DNA of 64,000 nucleotides from the NCBI GenBank assembly GCA_027002825.1, contig JALWZG010000018.1, positions 2,661-66,660 of the forward strand, written 5' to 3'. Source of the DNA: a candidate division WOR-3 bacterium. Its GTDB lineage: Bacteria; Hydrothermota; Hydrothermia; LBFQ01. The notes under the pieces were generated by a model that was given only the letters and a program-made list of their open reading frames with translations, was not told the DNA's origin and did no database searches. Each line of letters begins with the position of its first letter. Position 1 is the stretch's first letter. Positions 38,413 to 48,361 of the stretch are shown piece after piece. Both the position numbers and the translations under genes were made by a program.

Positions 38413-39351
38413 TCAGGATTTGTCCCTCGTGGAGATCCAGATGAAGAGGGCGCCGGGTGAGGCGGCCAGTATGTTGGCGAAGTAGTAAAGGATGGAGATA
38501 GAAACCGCCCCTGCCCTTCCGACGGCATGGGAGAGGAGGTACATGAACCCCCCCTCCCTTATACCCACACCGCCTATGGTTATGGGAAGCATGGTTATGA
38601 GGTTGACCAGGGGTGTGTAAACGACGGTTTTTACGAAGGGGGGATCCAGGTGCAACCCCTTTCCTATCCAGAAGGCTCCGATGCCCAACACACCCTGCAT
38701 AAGGAAGGAGAGGAGGAAACCGAAGAGGACCTTTTTGGGGTCATCCCTGTAGTGGTCAAAGGCCATAAGAAACCTCGCCAGTTTTTCACCCACGCCCCAC
38801 ACCCCCAACCCCTCAAGCGCTCTGGCGATGGGGTGTCTCAGTCTCCGGCTGAGGATCACGGTTGAGGAGAGGAAGGTCGCGAAAAATCCGAAGAAGACGA
38901 TGGGGGAAATCGCCCTAAGGGAATCGCTTCCGAGGAGTACACCGAGAACACCTATGGTGGTGAGAGCGAAAAAACCCACCATCCTGTCTATGAAAACGGA
39001 GGCAAAGCTCCTCGCGTGGGAGTTCATTTCAACCCCGGCGTAATACCCCCTTATGGCGTCTATACCGGCACCGGCGGGCAAAAACATGCCGTAGAAGAGC
39101 GCCCCAAGGGTTATGAAAACGGCCTTGAAAGGTGATATACGCTCCTTGTTGGGCAGGAATATCCACCATCTCAAACCCGAAAGGGAGAGGCCTGCAAAGA
39201 TGAAAAGGACTCCTATGAGACCGTAAAGGAGGTTCATCCCCGCTATGAGATCCCAAACGGCCTTCACGTCCGTTGTTTTGAAAACCCAACCGACGGCCGC
39301 GAACGTCAAAAGGAGTTTGAGGGCCGTCGTGATGACCTTCCGCCTTTTCAA
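38413..39351 (-). CDS. UPF0104/flippase-like (LPG-synthase TM-domain family) integral membrane protein
   Basis: 8 predicted TM helices, N-terminal KRRK...LTFAAVGWVF pattern typical of this family. Confidence 0.5.
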   Translation of the reverse strand: MKRRKVITTALKLLLTFAAVGWVFKTTDVKAVWDLIAGMNLLYGLIGVLFIFAGLSLSGLRWWIFLPNKERISPFKAVFITLGALFYGMFLPAGAGIDAIRGYYAGVEMNSHARSFASVFIDRMVGFFALTTIGVLGVLLGSDSLRAISPIVFFGFFATFLSSTVILSRRLRHPIARALEGLGVWGVGEKLARFLMAFDHYRDDPKKVLFGFLLSFLMQGVLGIGAFWIGKGLHLDPPFVKTVVYTPLVNLITMLPITIGGVGIREGGFMYLLSHAVGRAGAVSISILYYFANILAASPGALFIWISTRDKS

Positions 39352-39381
39352 GCCGTGGATTATACACGTGATAGGGTGAAA

Positions 39382-40200
39382 TCAGAACGTGAGCCTTTTG
39401 GCCACACCGCGGGCCGCGTTTGTGTCGTGTACAACCCTTTTGAAGGCGTACCTTTTTATAAGCCTTGTGAAGTCCTCGCGAAAGGGCGTGTAAGAGAAAA
39501 GCCCCCCGTGGAGGGCTATAGCCCCGGGGTGTCCTATTTCTTCCAACACGGAGAGACATAGGGCGGTAAGCTCCCGTATGGCCGCCCGAACGACGAAGAG
39601 GGCGTCCTCGTCCCTCAGCTCGTAGGCCACCCTCAGGACGGTGTAGGAATACCCCGCTATTTCCCTTACCATGTCCGCAAACCCCCTCTTCTGGAGTTCT
39701 GAGAGGGTTTTCCTTATACCCATGAGGTTATCCTCTCCGAACAGGGCCAACCTCAGAAAGCTCTCCTTCTTCAAAGCGATCTCGCATGCGAGCCTACCCA
39801 TCCAAAAGGCGCTCCCCCAATCGTCCACAAGTGGGCCGAATCCACCCGAACGTGCCTCCTTCCCCCCTTTTCTTCCGTAGCATATGCTTCCCGTACCGGC
39901 CACCAAGACCATCCCTTCATCTTTAAAGGCATCGTAGAAGACACCCTCCACATCGCTCAGGACCAGGTCCACCTTTAGGAGACGCCCAACCTCCTCCTTC
40001 TCCTCCCCCTCCCACACCCCCTTCATGGCCACACCCACCTTTGTCGCTCCGAGGGATTCCCTCAGGCGTGAGATCTCCTCGGCCAAGGAGAGGAGACTTT
40101 CACCGTATCTCCACTCCAGTTCCCCACTCCTCACGACCTTCCCCTCGGAAAAAAGGACGTATCTGCTCCGGCTTCCGCCCACGTCCACTCCCAAGACCAT
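39382..40200 (-). CDS. BadF/BadG/BcrA/BcrD-type ATPase (N-acetylglucosamine-kinase-like sugar kinase)
   Basis: N-terminal GVDVGGSRSRYVL phosphate-1 motif, ASKHA fold-sized (272 aa). Confidence 0.6.
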   Translation of the reverse strand: MVLGVDVGGSRSRYVLFSEGKVVRSGELEWRYGESLLSLAEEISRLRESLGATKVGVAMKGVWEGEEKEEVGRLLKVDLVLSDVEGVFYDAFKDEGMVLVAGTGSICYGRKGGKEARSGGFGPLVDDWGSAFWMGRLACEIALKKESFLRLALFGEDNLMGIRKTLSELQKRGFADMVREIAGYSYTVLRVAYELRDEDALFVVRAAIRELTALCLSVLEEIGHPGAIALHGGLFSYTPFREDFTRLIKRYAFKRVVHDTNAARGVAKRLTF

Positions 40201-40215
40201 AAGGGGTATTCTACC

Positions 40216-41835
40216 TCAGAAGTCCAAGTCCAGGATCTCGTCCAAAGGGGGTCTTTCTATATCGTTTTTCCTCCCGGTGGTTCCGGGGTCCTCGCTTTTC
40301 ACACCGAACCACCTCGCTATCAAGGCCGAGGCTACGGGGGCGGCGGCAACGCTTCCGGATCCCGCGTTCTCCACAACCACGGCTACGGCAAACGTCGGAT
40401 CCTCATACGGGGCGAAGGCTATGAAGAGGGAGTGGTCCTCTCCGTGGGGGTTCTGCGCTGTCCCGGTCTTTCCGCCGTAAGGAAAACCTTTTAGTTTTGA
40501 GCCTCTTGCCGTTCCCCTCTCCACCACCGCGAGCATACCCTCACGTACGACCTCGTACGCCCAATCGGGTGCCTCAAGGGTTAAGGTGTCAACCGGGTCC
40601 TTGTTTGAAAACCTCGGTAGGACCACCCTACCCTTGCGACCTATGATCCCGGCGAGTACGGCCAGGAACACCGGTGTTGTGAGTATCTCCCCCTGTCCTA
40701 TGGAGTAGTTCAGGGCAGAACCGTAATAACGGGCCCTCTTCGGAAAGCGGGATGGGACCTCCTCCGGGAGGAGGGTGAACTTACGACCGAAGAGGCCCGT
40801 GCCGAGAACCCCGTCCACCAACCTTTTCGGCCCAAACCTACCGCCTATGTTGTAGAAGAAGACGTTGCACGAGTAGGCTATGGCGTTCTTTATCCTCAGG
40901 AACCCGTGTACACTCCAGCACCTGAACCTTGTACGGCCGAGCCTCACGTACCCCCTACACCTAACACCAAAGGACGTGTCTATTACACCCTCTCTCAGGG
41001 CGAGAAGGGCTATGAGGGGTTTAAACGTTGACCCCGGTGGATAGAGTCCGGCCAACGCCCTGTTCAGAAAAGGTGAATCCCCCTTCCGAAGGGAGTCGTA
41101 CTCCCCGGGCACGGGTTTGGAGTACACGAGATAGACCTCACCGTTTTTGGGGTTGAAGGCGAAGATCGCCCCCCTCCTGTAGGGTTTCATAAGGGAGTCG
41201 GCCAAAGCGTAGAGGTCCAAGTCCAGGAACGTCTTCACATCCCTGGGGTTGGAAAACACCCTGATCTGAGGGTCGTCTATGAGGTTGCCGTAGGCGTCAA
41301 CCTTGAGTATGACATGGCCCAGCTCACCGCGGAGGTATTCATCGTAGAGCCTTTCAAGTCCAAAAAGTCCCCTTCCGTCTACAGAGGATAGACCGACCGT
41401 GTGGAAACACCTCCTGCACTTCAGCCTGTGGACAACACTCGGAACGATAGCTATGCTCGGAAACAGCCTTTTGAACTTCTGGATGCGGTATACGTCTTCC
41501 TGGGTCAGGCCGGATATCTCCTTGTAGCCGAGATAACGGTACTCCTTTATCTTCAACCTCTTTCCGAGGAGGGACTCTATCCCTTTCACATCCCTCTCCT
41601 CCACCTCCTCCCTCAGGTTGAACTGTATAACCCTCCACCTCGTGTTGGGTATCGTCAGGGGTCTACCTTTCCGGTCCAGAAGTGTTCCCCGCAACACGCC
41701 GAGGGGCAACTTCCTCAGATAGTTCGCGCGGTCCTTTCCCTTCAGCTCGGAGGTGTTGATCTGCCTTACGTAGGCCACAAGGCTGACCAAGGCCAAAAAG
41801 AACACACCAAGGGCGGAGAAGATGAGTCTTCTCAA
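40216..41835 (-). CDS. mrdA: Class B penicillin-binding protein (PBP2/MrdA-like peptidoglycan transpeptidase)
   Basis: N-terminal membrane anchor, SxxK (STFKPL), SxN (SCNVFF), KTG (GGKTGTAQ). Confidence 0.8.
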   Translation of the reverse strand: MRRLIFSALGVFFLALVSLVAYVRQINTSELKGKDRANYLRKLPLGVLRGTLLDRKGRPLTIPNTRWRVIQFNLREEVEERDVKGIESLLGKRLKIKEYRYLGYKEISGLTQEDVYRIQKFKRLFPSIAIVPSVVHRLKCRRCFHTVGLSSVDGRGLFGLERLYDEYLRGELGHVILKVDAYGNLIDDPQIRVFSNPRDVKTFLDLDLYALADSLMKPYRRGAIFAFNPKNGEVYLVYSKPVPGEYDSLRKGDSPFLNRALAGLYPPGSTFKPLIALLALREGVIDTSFGVRCRGYVRLGRTRFRCWSVHGFLRIKNAIAYSCNVFFYNIGGRFGPKRLVDGVLGTGLFGRKFTLLPEEVPSRFPKRARYYGSALNYSIGQGEILTTPVFLAVLAGIIGRKGRVVLPRFSNKDPVDTLTLEAPDWAYEVVREGMLAVVERGTARGSKLKGFPYGGKTGTAQNPHGEDHSLFIAFAPYEDPTFAVAVVVENAGSGSVAAAPVASALIARWFGVKSEDPGTTGRKNDIERPPLDEILDLDF

Positions 41836-41881
41836 CTCAAGATTCTAAGGTCATACAGGGATTTCGGGCTTAAAATCCCGT

Positions 41882-43333
41882 ATGCTCCTCCTGATAGCTC
41901 AGTCCGTCGTTTGGGAGGTCAGGATAGACGGCGCCGGAAACGACCTCTGCTACTCCATGGCCCTCTCCCCTGGGGGTAATCCGGTGGTGGCCGGAAACTA
42001 CGGGAACGCCCTATACGCCGCGGAGCTCAAATCCGAAGACGGCTCTTTCCTTTGGCAGTACATCTTCGCCTTTCCCGGGGACGGGAGATCCAACGTGAAG
42101 AGCGTTCTCCCCGATCTCTCGGACTCCACCTTCGTCCTCGGTGGAACCTCCTACCCCTACTCCGGGGACGATCAGGCCTGCGGCTTTGTCGCCAAGGTCC
42201 GGGACGGGAGTACGGTCTGGATGTACGTGGATTCGGCCGACGGGTGCGGTCGCAGGGAGGGGTTCTCCGGTGTGGTTGTTGGAGGGGACGGCCACTACTA
42301 CGCCTACGGCACGGACTACGAGACCTACAGCGCGGACCTCTTCACACCCAGCCGCCGTTTCGTCCTGAAGGTGGACAGGGGAACGGGGAGCAAGGTCTGG
42401 AGGTACCAGCCGGGAGGGTACTCCTACACGGCGGCGACTCCCCTACCCGACGGCTCCATCGTCGCCGTTGGCTTCGGCGCTGACGCCGAGGCCCAGAGGG
42501 TGGGAGCGGACGGAGGGGAGATCTGGAGCATCACCCCGGACAACGGGAAGTTCTGGGCAGTGATCGTAGCCCCGAACGGCCATCCCGTCGTGGCCGGTAT
42601 AAAGGACGGGGACTTCTACGTCGCCCAACTCCAGAGGGAGACGGGAGGTGTGAGATGGTACCACAGCCGGAACGGTGCGGATAACGGTGATGATGTGGCC
42701 CTCGGCCTGTCCGACGACGGGTACGGCCACGTGTACGCAGTCGGTTATCTGGACAACGGTATAAACGGCCTGGACGCGTACCTCGTGAGACTGGACACCC
42801 TCGGAAACCCCCTCTGGGAGTTCTACTACAACGGTCCGTTCAACTCGGATGACGTCTTCCGGAGGGTGCTGATCGCGCCGGACGGTGGGGTTGTGGCCGT
42901 GGGGTACTCCGTGGGTCCCGGTACGGGCAGGGACATCCTGATGGTGAAGCTGGACCCTGAGAGCGGGGACACACTCTGGACTTTTGTCTATGACTCCCCC
43001 TACTCCCTGGACGACGACGCCCGCGCCGTACTCTACGGTGATGGGGCGGTCTACGTCTGCGCCTCCTCTTGGTCCCTACCCACGGACAGGGATATACTCG
43101 TGCTAAAGGTTGCCGATCCCACATCCGTGGCCGAAGCCCAGCGGTCCGCACCCCCCATTCTCCCCTTAAGGGATGGTGTCCTGGTTCGCGGCAGGGGCCT
43201 TCTGAGGGTGTACGGGGTGTCGGGTGAGAGGTACGCGGAGGTTTGGGTATCGGGAGAGAAAAGGATAAACCTCAAGAGAGGTGTATGGCTCTTAAGGTTC
43301 GGAAATCACACCTTCAAGGTTTTGATGCGATGA
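41882..43333 (+). CDS. Secreted beta-propeller repeat protein with T9SS-type CTD (paralog of 31671..33206)
   Basis: Repetitive G..DG...W/Y blocks; C-terminus LRVYGVSGERYAEV...GVWLLRFGNHTFKVLMR. Confidence 0.55.
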   Translation: MLLLIAQSVVWEVRIDGAGNDLCYSMALSPGGNPVVAGNYGNALYAAELKSEDGSFLWQYIFAFPGDGRSNVKSVLPDLSDSTFVLGGTSYPYSGDDQACGFVAKVRDGSTVWMYVDSADGCGRREGFSGVVVGGDGHYYAYGTDYETYSADLFTPSRRFVLKVDRGTGSKVWRYQPGGYSYTAATPLPDGSIVAVGFGADAEAQRVGADGGEIWSITPDNGKFWAVIVAPNGHPVVAGIKDGDFYVAQLQRETGGVRWYHSRNGADNGDDVALGLSDDGYGHVYAVGYLDNGINGLDAYLVRLDTLGNPLWEFYYNGPFNSDDVFRRVLIAPDGGVVAVGYSVGPGTGRDILMVKLDPESGDTLWTFVYDSPYSLDDDARAVLYGDGAVYVCASSWSLPTDRDILVLKVADPTSVAEAQRSAPPILPLRDGVLVRGRGLLRVYGVSGERYAEVWVSGEKRINLKRGVWLLRFGNHTFKVLMR

Positions 43334-43360
43334 AGGGGGGGCTATACGCCCCCCCTTCCC

Positions 43361-44752
43361 TCATCTGCCGGAAGACTTCAGGTATTCAAGTATCGCCTTG
43401 GCCTCTTCCTCGCTGACGTTTTGGGAGGGCATGGGGACCCCATACTCCTTCAGGAGATCTTGGGCGGTTGGATCGTGCTTCAGCATGGAATCCGGGTTGA
43501 CTATCATGGCCACGATCCACTCAGGACTCCTCCTATCGGCCACACCTTTCAGATCGGGTCCAACCAGTTTTCCGCCACCCACGGTATGGCACGCCGTGCA
43601 ACCCTTGCTTTTGAAGAGCTCCTCACCCCTCTTTACGAGTTCGGAGGCCACAGATCGCTCCGCCTCACCTTCCACCTCTTCTGTCGTATCGGCTTTCTCC
43701 TCGGGCTGCTGGGCCGGGGCGGACGTCCTCTTCGGTATGTACTCGGCGGGGAGTTTCACGTTTCTCCAGGACATCATCAACATGGTAATGGCCCTGAGCT
43801 CCCTCTCGTTGAAGCCGAAGTTGGGCATGGCGGAGGTGGGGGTGATGCTCCTCGGCTCTTCAAAGTGTAGGAGATGCCAGGAGAAGACGGAGAGGGGTAG
43901 ACCCCTGCGTTTCATCTCCTCGGCTATGGTCCTTCCGGAGGGTACGGGTTTTCCGTCCTTTATCTCGTAGTAAGGGGCGTGTATGTCAAACATCTCATGG
44001 GACTTCGATCCCTCATACGTCAGATCCGGCCCTATGTCCCCACCTTCACCGAACACCTTGTGGCATGTTATGCATCCCTTCTCCTTGAAGATCTTCTTCG
44101 CGAGGTTTATGTAGGGGGTGCCGGGGAGGGAATCCTCCATCCTATGACAGGTGTTGCACGTTATCTCCACCAGGGGCATCTTCTGCCAATCCTCAAAACC
44201 GTACTCCTTTGCCTTCTCCTTGCTCAGCAGAGGCTCAAGCCATCTGACCTTCTTCCCCTCGTTTATGACGTGCGCCTCCTTGATGTTGGTGGCGTACCCC
44301 TGACCCCAGTGACAGGTGGTGCATCCGTACTTCTTGAAGGGGTGTTTTGCTATCAGGTCGTCCAGATGGGGGTGGGTTCTGAAAACCTCCGGGACGTCTT
44401 CACCCTCAAGACCCCTCCACTCGTACCCCATGTGGCAGGTGATACACCTGTCTATACGGTTGAGGTCTTTGACCCATATCTGCTGGACACCCATGGGGAC
44501 TTTTGCAGCGGCCTCTTTGCCGAACTTCTCCTCTACGAGTTTCTTGAACTCCACCTGGTACCTTTTGTACTCGGGGTTGATCTCCTTGTAGGCCGCTACG
44601 GCGAATATGAAGGCGCCTATTATGGAAATGGCGTAAATGAGCCAGGAGTCAAGGGGAAACGGGTCGTCCTTGACGTCCGGAAGTTTGGGTTTTTTCGCAG
44701 CAGGACGCACCACCTTTTTCTGAGGCGGTGTTTGGGGATTCCTTTTCTCCAT
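43361..44752 (-). CDS. Membrane-anchored pentaheme c-type cytochrome (four CxxCH in a multihaem domain + C-terminal monohaem class-I-like domain), third gene of the Rieske/cyt b operon
   Basis: CITCH, CTTCH, CNTCH, CITCH, CTACH motifs; one N-terminal TM helix; start moved to M31, which has a GGAGGT Shine-Dalgarno 8 nt upstream and removes a 77-nt overlap with cytochrome b. Confidence 0.8.
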   Translation of the reverse strand: MEKRNPQTPPQKKVVRPAAKKPKLPDVKDDPFPLDSWLIYAISIIGAFIFAVAAYKEINPEYKRYQVEFKKLVEEKFGKEAAAKVPMGVQQIWVKDLNRIDRCITCHMGYEWRGLEGEDVPEVFRTHPHLDDLIAKHPFKKYGCTTCHWGQGYATNIKEAHVINEGKKVRWLEPLLSKEKAKEYGFEDWQKMPLVEITCNTCHRMEDSLPGTPYINLAKKIFKEKGCITCHKVFGEGGDIGPDLTYEGSKSHEMFDIHAPYYEIKDGKPVPSGRTIAEEMKRRGLPLSVFSWHLLHFEEPRSITPTSAMPNFGFNERELRAITMLMMSWRNVKLPAEYIPKRTSAPAQQPEEKADTTEEVEGEAERSVASELVKRGEELFKSKGCTACHTVGGGKLVGPDLKGVADRRSPEWIVAMIVNPDSMLKHDPTAQDLLKEYGVPMPSQNVSEEEAKAILEYLKSSGR

Positions 44753-44765
44753 TTCCAACCTCCTT

Positions 44766-46019
44766 TTAAAGGATTTCGGGTATTTCAGGCCATGCCCAAG
44801 GCCAATAAACACCCCAGTTGGGGCCGCGGAAGTACATGGCAAAGACTATGAGTCCGACGACGAAGAGGACGCCGAGTGTGAAGACTATGTTCTGAACGGT
44901 CCGGCTCCTGTGGAACCACACACCCGTGGCCTCAGGGGGGGATTTGTCAAGGAAGGCCCATACGGTGGCGGCGAGACCCATGAGTCCCGGTATCACCACC
45001 CCTCCCACAAAGCCACCGTTTATGGTGAACCAAGGGGTTCGTATGGTCGTTATCGCGAGGAGCTCCTGAAGCCACAGGAAGTACCACGGCGCCTTTGCCG
45101 GGTTGGGTGTCCACGTGGGATCCGCGGGTTCCTCAAGGGGGGAGTCGAGGAAGGTGGCGAGGAACATAACCCAAACGAGGGTGGCGAGACTCACCAACAC
45201 TATACGCCTGACGGCCCAAGGCGTGGAGTACACCGGCTCCTCACCGGAGGTGTCTATCTGCAGATCCTTCCGCTTTTTCGCTATTCTGAACTGTTCAACT
45301 GCGGCCAACCCTTCGTCCTTTCGGACCCTCCACATGTGATAGGAGAAGAGCAGGAGGACGGCCAGGGGCAACCCGATCACGTGTAGGGCGTAAAACCTTA
45401 TAAGTGTTGGCTGTCCGAGCTGTGTGCCTCCGGCCATCACGTACTTTATGTGTTTCCCGAGGACGGGAACGGATTCCGCAATCTGAACACCTATGGTGAT
45501 GGCCCAGAAGGCGAGCTGATCCCAGGGTAGAAGGTAGCCGGTGTAGGATAGGAGGAGTGTGAGGGCGAGGAGGATCATACCCACCGTCCAGTTGATCTCC
45601 CTGCGGGCAGCGTGGCTCATACCGTTTTTGTAGGCCCCCGTGTAAAAGACGCGCAGCATGTGGAGGAATACGGCTGCGACCATCATGTGGGCGCCCCATC
45701 GGTGCATGTTCCTGAGGAACCAGCCCCAGGACACGGCGTACTCCAAGTCCTTTATCGTCCAGTAGGCCCTCTCAACCGAGGGTATGTAGAGGAACATGAG
45801 TATTACGCCCGTCACGGTTAGTATTACGAAGAGAACCCAGGATATCGTTCCCAACCACAGGCTGTAGGACCAGCTGAGGGACCTCTTGGTCATACGGGGT
45901 GGAAACCAGTGCAACCAGAAGTTGCGGGTTATGGCCTTTCCGGCCTCCGCCCTGTCCGCCGGATCAAAGGTCCAGATCAAGGCCCTCCAAACCCTGTAAA
46001 GGCGTTCTTTTAGGCTCAT
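44766..46019 (-). CDS. petB: Cytochrome b (fused b6 + subunit IV type) of a bc-type complex
   Basis: Haem-ligand histidines in RNMHRWGAHMMVAAVFLHMLRVF and the downstream helix D pair; 417 aa with ~8 TM helices. Confidence 0.85.
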   Translation of the reverse strand: MSLKERLYRVWRALIWTFDPADRAEAGKAITRNFWLHWFPPRMTKRSLSWSYSLWLGTISWVLFVILTVTGVILMFLYIPSVERAYWTIKDLEYAVSWGWFLRNMHRWGAHMMVAAVFLHMLRVFYTGAYKNGMSHAARREINWTVGMILLALTLLLSYTGYLLPWDQLAFWAITIGVQIAESVPVLGKHIKYVMAGGTQLGQPTLIRFYALHVIGLPLAVLLLFSYHMWRVRKDEGLAAVEQFRIAKKRKDLQIDTSGEEPVYSTPWAVRRIVLVSLATLVWVMFLATFLDSPLEEPADPTWTPNPAKAPWYFLWLQELLAITTIRTPWFTINGGFVGGVVIPGLMGLAATVWAFLDKSPPEATGVWFHRSRTVQNIVFTLGVLFVVGLIVFAMYFRGPNWGVYWPWAWPEIPEIL

Positions 46020-46031
46020 CCTCTTACCTCC

Positions 46032-46541
46032 TCAGGAGAGTTTGAACTTCCAGCCCTTTTCCACCTCTTTGGAGGTGTCCACGACAAGCATCCCAGTTGC
46101 CGGGTCTATTTCAAGGTAATACCATGGTAGTCCCCGTGGGGCTGGACCGGCGTATATGGTGCCGTCTCCGGCGTAAAGTGAGCCGTGGCAAGGGCAGTGG
46201 AACTCCCACTCCTCCTTTATCTCCCTGTTCATAACCTTTAGGGTTTTGGGTTCGGGGAGCTGGACGAAGTTGACCGTGCAACCGAGATGCTGGCATATGG
46301 CGGAAATGGCCCATACCTCCTTGCCCTTTTTGAAAACGAACAGTCGCTGTTCCGGGAAGAAGTTGACACCCTCGGCCAGATCCTCAGGCTTTCCCAATCT
46401 GAACCTCTTGGGAGGCTCGTAGAGGATGTTGGGCCAAAGCGAGCGCCCAAATCCAGCGAACACACCACCCAACACACCGTAGCCTATCAGTCGGCCTACG
46501 TTTTTTAAAACCTCCCTTCTCTTTTTCTTGACTTCGCTCAT
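46032..46541 (-). CDS. petA: Rieske [2Fe-2S] iron-sulfur protein
   Basis: CQHLGC and CPCHGS cluster-binding boxes; N-terminal TM anchor. Confidence 0.85.
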   Translation of the reverse strand: MSEVKKKRREVLKNVGRLIGYGVLGGVFAGFGRSLWPNILYEPPKRFRLGKPEDLAEGVNFFPEQRLFVFKKGKEVWAISAICQHLGCTVNFVQLPEPKTLKVMNREIKEEWEFHCPCHGSLYAGDGTIYAGPAPRGLPWYYLEIDPATGMLVVDTSKEVEKGWKFKLS

Positions 46542-46617
46542 AACCGGTTATTATAAGCTCGCACCTACCCCACCCCAACCGCCCGTATTGAGAACCTTTC
46601 CACCCTCCGCTCGGTCC

Positions 46618-47109
46618 TCAGCTTATGCCGAGCTTCCTGCGCTTCTCGCGGATCATCATGAGCTGCTTTTCCATCTGGGGCATGAGCTTGGAGAAGTCCT
46701 CGGACGTGTAGGATATGGACTTTCCGAAAGCCTTCAGGAAGAGGAAGATGAACCCCAGCGCCCTCTGAACGTCGGGGTCTGAGAGCATCTTCATCAGTCC
46801 CATGAGTCCTACCTTGGGTGGGTCCTGGAAGGTCTCAGGGGTCATCTCCTCGTTCAGGGCCTTGGCGAAGTTGTTGAACATGACGGTTATCATGGTGGGG
46901 TTCAGCATCTCCAGAACGTGGAGGAGGAAGGAGATGTTGGCGCCTATGGTCAGTATGCGGGGGTCCGTCAGGTAGGACAGGGAATCGGGGACGAGGTCCA
47001 CCACCTCTTCCGCGAAGTCTATAAGCCCCGCCTCGTTCACCTTCTGGAGGAGCTCCAGAAGTTTTTCCACGCTCTCCTGTACCTTTTCCTCTTTGTTCAT
47101 CGTTGTCAT
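46618..47109 (-). CDS. DUF1641-family protein (characteristically adjacent to SQR/NDH-2-type flavoproteins)
   Basis: Sequence family resemblance; position directly downstream of the SQR-like gene. Confidence 0.55.
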   Translation of the reverse strand: MTTMNKEEKVQESVEKLLELLQKVNEAGLIDFAEEVVDLVPDSLSYLTDPRILTIGANISFLLHVLEMLNPTMITVMFNNFAKALNEEMTPETFQDPPKVGLMGLMKMLSDPDVQRALGFIFLFLKAFGKSISYTSEDFSKLMPQMEKQLMMIREKRRKLGIS

Positions 47110-47121
47110 CTCACACCTCCT

Positions 47122-48291
47122 TTACCTTGTAAGGTAGAAACCGAACCACATCGCCTCAAACGCCATCTTCACAAGCCTGATCTCCTTGCCGCGACCGAGG
47201 ACACCGCAGCTGGGCGGACCGGAGACGTCCCTGTAGAACTGGGAGAACTCACACATGGGCAGAACGGCGTCATCCCCGAAGTCCATTATACACATGGCCA
47301 CAGGGCTGAAGGAGTCGGCGATGTAGGCGCCCTTCACATCCGCGGCTATCTCGTTGGCCACGAATTCGGCCTGGAAGTGCGCCACCACACCCGCAGGTGG
47401 TAGGTTGAGGGAGGCGTTCGCAACATCCCCTATGATGAACACGTTGGGGAAGTTCTTTGACCTGAAGGTCTCGGGGTCCACTACGGGGAAGCCCTCAGGT
47501 CCCACAAGCTCGCTGTTGGTCACAACGGGGTTGAGCTTGTGGGGCGGCACCAGGAGGAGCAGGTCGTAGGGGATCTCCCTGCCGTCCTTGGCTATCACCT
47601 TCTTGGAGTCCTTGTCAACGCGGGCTATCTCAAAGTTCCCCTCGTAGCGCACACCTTTGTTGTCCAGGATCTCCTGTATGACGCTCATTATGGCGGGTCC
47701 CATGTTGGAAAGCGGCCCAGGGGTCACGTTGAACACGGTTATGTTCGTCTTGTCCCTGAGTCCTCTCGCCCTGAGGGTGAAGTCCAGCTGGCCGGCTATC
47801 TCGTAGGGGGCGGGAGGGCAGCGGTAGTACATCCCACACACACCTATGACTATGTTGCCCCCCTTGAAGTTCCTCATGGCCTCCCTGAACCTGAGGGCCC
47901 CTTCAAGGGACCACGTGTGGTGGGCGTCCTCATAACCGGGCAGGGCATCCGGGTCAAGAACGGTCCCAAGGGACACTATGAGGAAATCGTAATCGTACTC
48001 GCCGTTTTTGGTCTTAACCTTCCTCTCCGAGGGGAGTATGTGGGTTATCTCCTCGTTTACAAACCTCACACCCTTCTTCTCAAGGAGTTTGAGGGGGCGG
48101 CGGATATCGTCAGGCTCTTTGAAGTTCAGACCTACCCACGGGTAGCTGGGCATGAACTCGTGGTAGGGGTTTTTGTCTATGAGGGTTATTTCCGCATTTC
48201 CGCTTTTTCTGAAAATCCTTGCCAACTTGTTGGCGGCCACAAGCCCACCGCTTCCACCGCCAAGGATAAGGATTTTTACCTTGCCTTTCAT
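47122..48291 (-). CDS. sqr: Sulfide:quinone oxidoreductase-like FAD-dependent pyridine nucleotide-disulfide oxidoreductase (start at internal M18)
   Basis: N-terminal Rossmann KILILGGGSGG; redox-active Cys blocks GVCGMYYRCPPAPYE and PVAMCIMDFGDDA; membrane-facing C-terminus. Confidence 0.7.
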   Translation of the reverse strand: MKGKVKILILGGGSGGLVAANKLARIFRKSGNAEITLIDKNPYHEFMPSYPWVGLNFKEPDDIRRPLKLLEKKGVRFVNEEITHILPSERKVKTKNGEYDYDFLIVSLGTVLDPDALPGYEDAHHTWSLEGALRFREAMRNFKGGNIVIGVCGMYYRCPPAPYEIAGQLDFTLRARGLRDKTNITVFNVTPGPLSNMGPAIMSVIQEILDNKGVRYEGNFEIARVDKDSKKVIAKDGREIPYDLLLLVPPHKLNPVVTNSELVGPEGFPVVDPETFRSKNFPNVFIIGDVANASLNLPPAGVVAHFQAEFVANEIAADVKGAYIADSFSPVAMCIMDFGDDAVLPMCEFSQFYRDVSGPPSCGVLGRGKEIRLVKMAFEAMWFGFYLTR

Positions 48292-48361
48292 GAGAAAACA
48301 GCTTAAAACCGCCTGCTGTACGGAAATCTCCCGAAAATGCAAACCGTTTTCAGAAATTCCG

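Noticed and set aside
44753-44842. Upstream extension of the cytochrome c ORF overlapping cytochrome b
   Set aside because: An internal ATG with a strong GGAGG Shine-Dalgarno gives a standard 13-nt intergenic gap.
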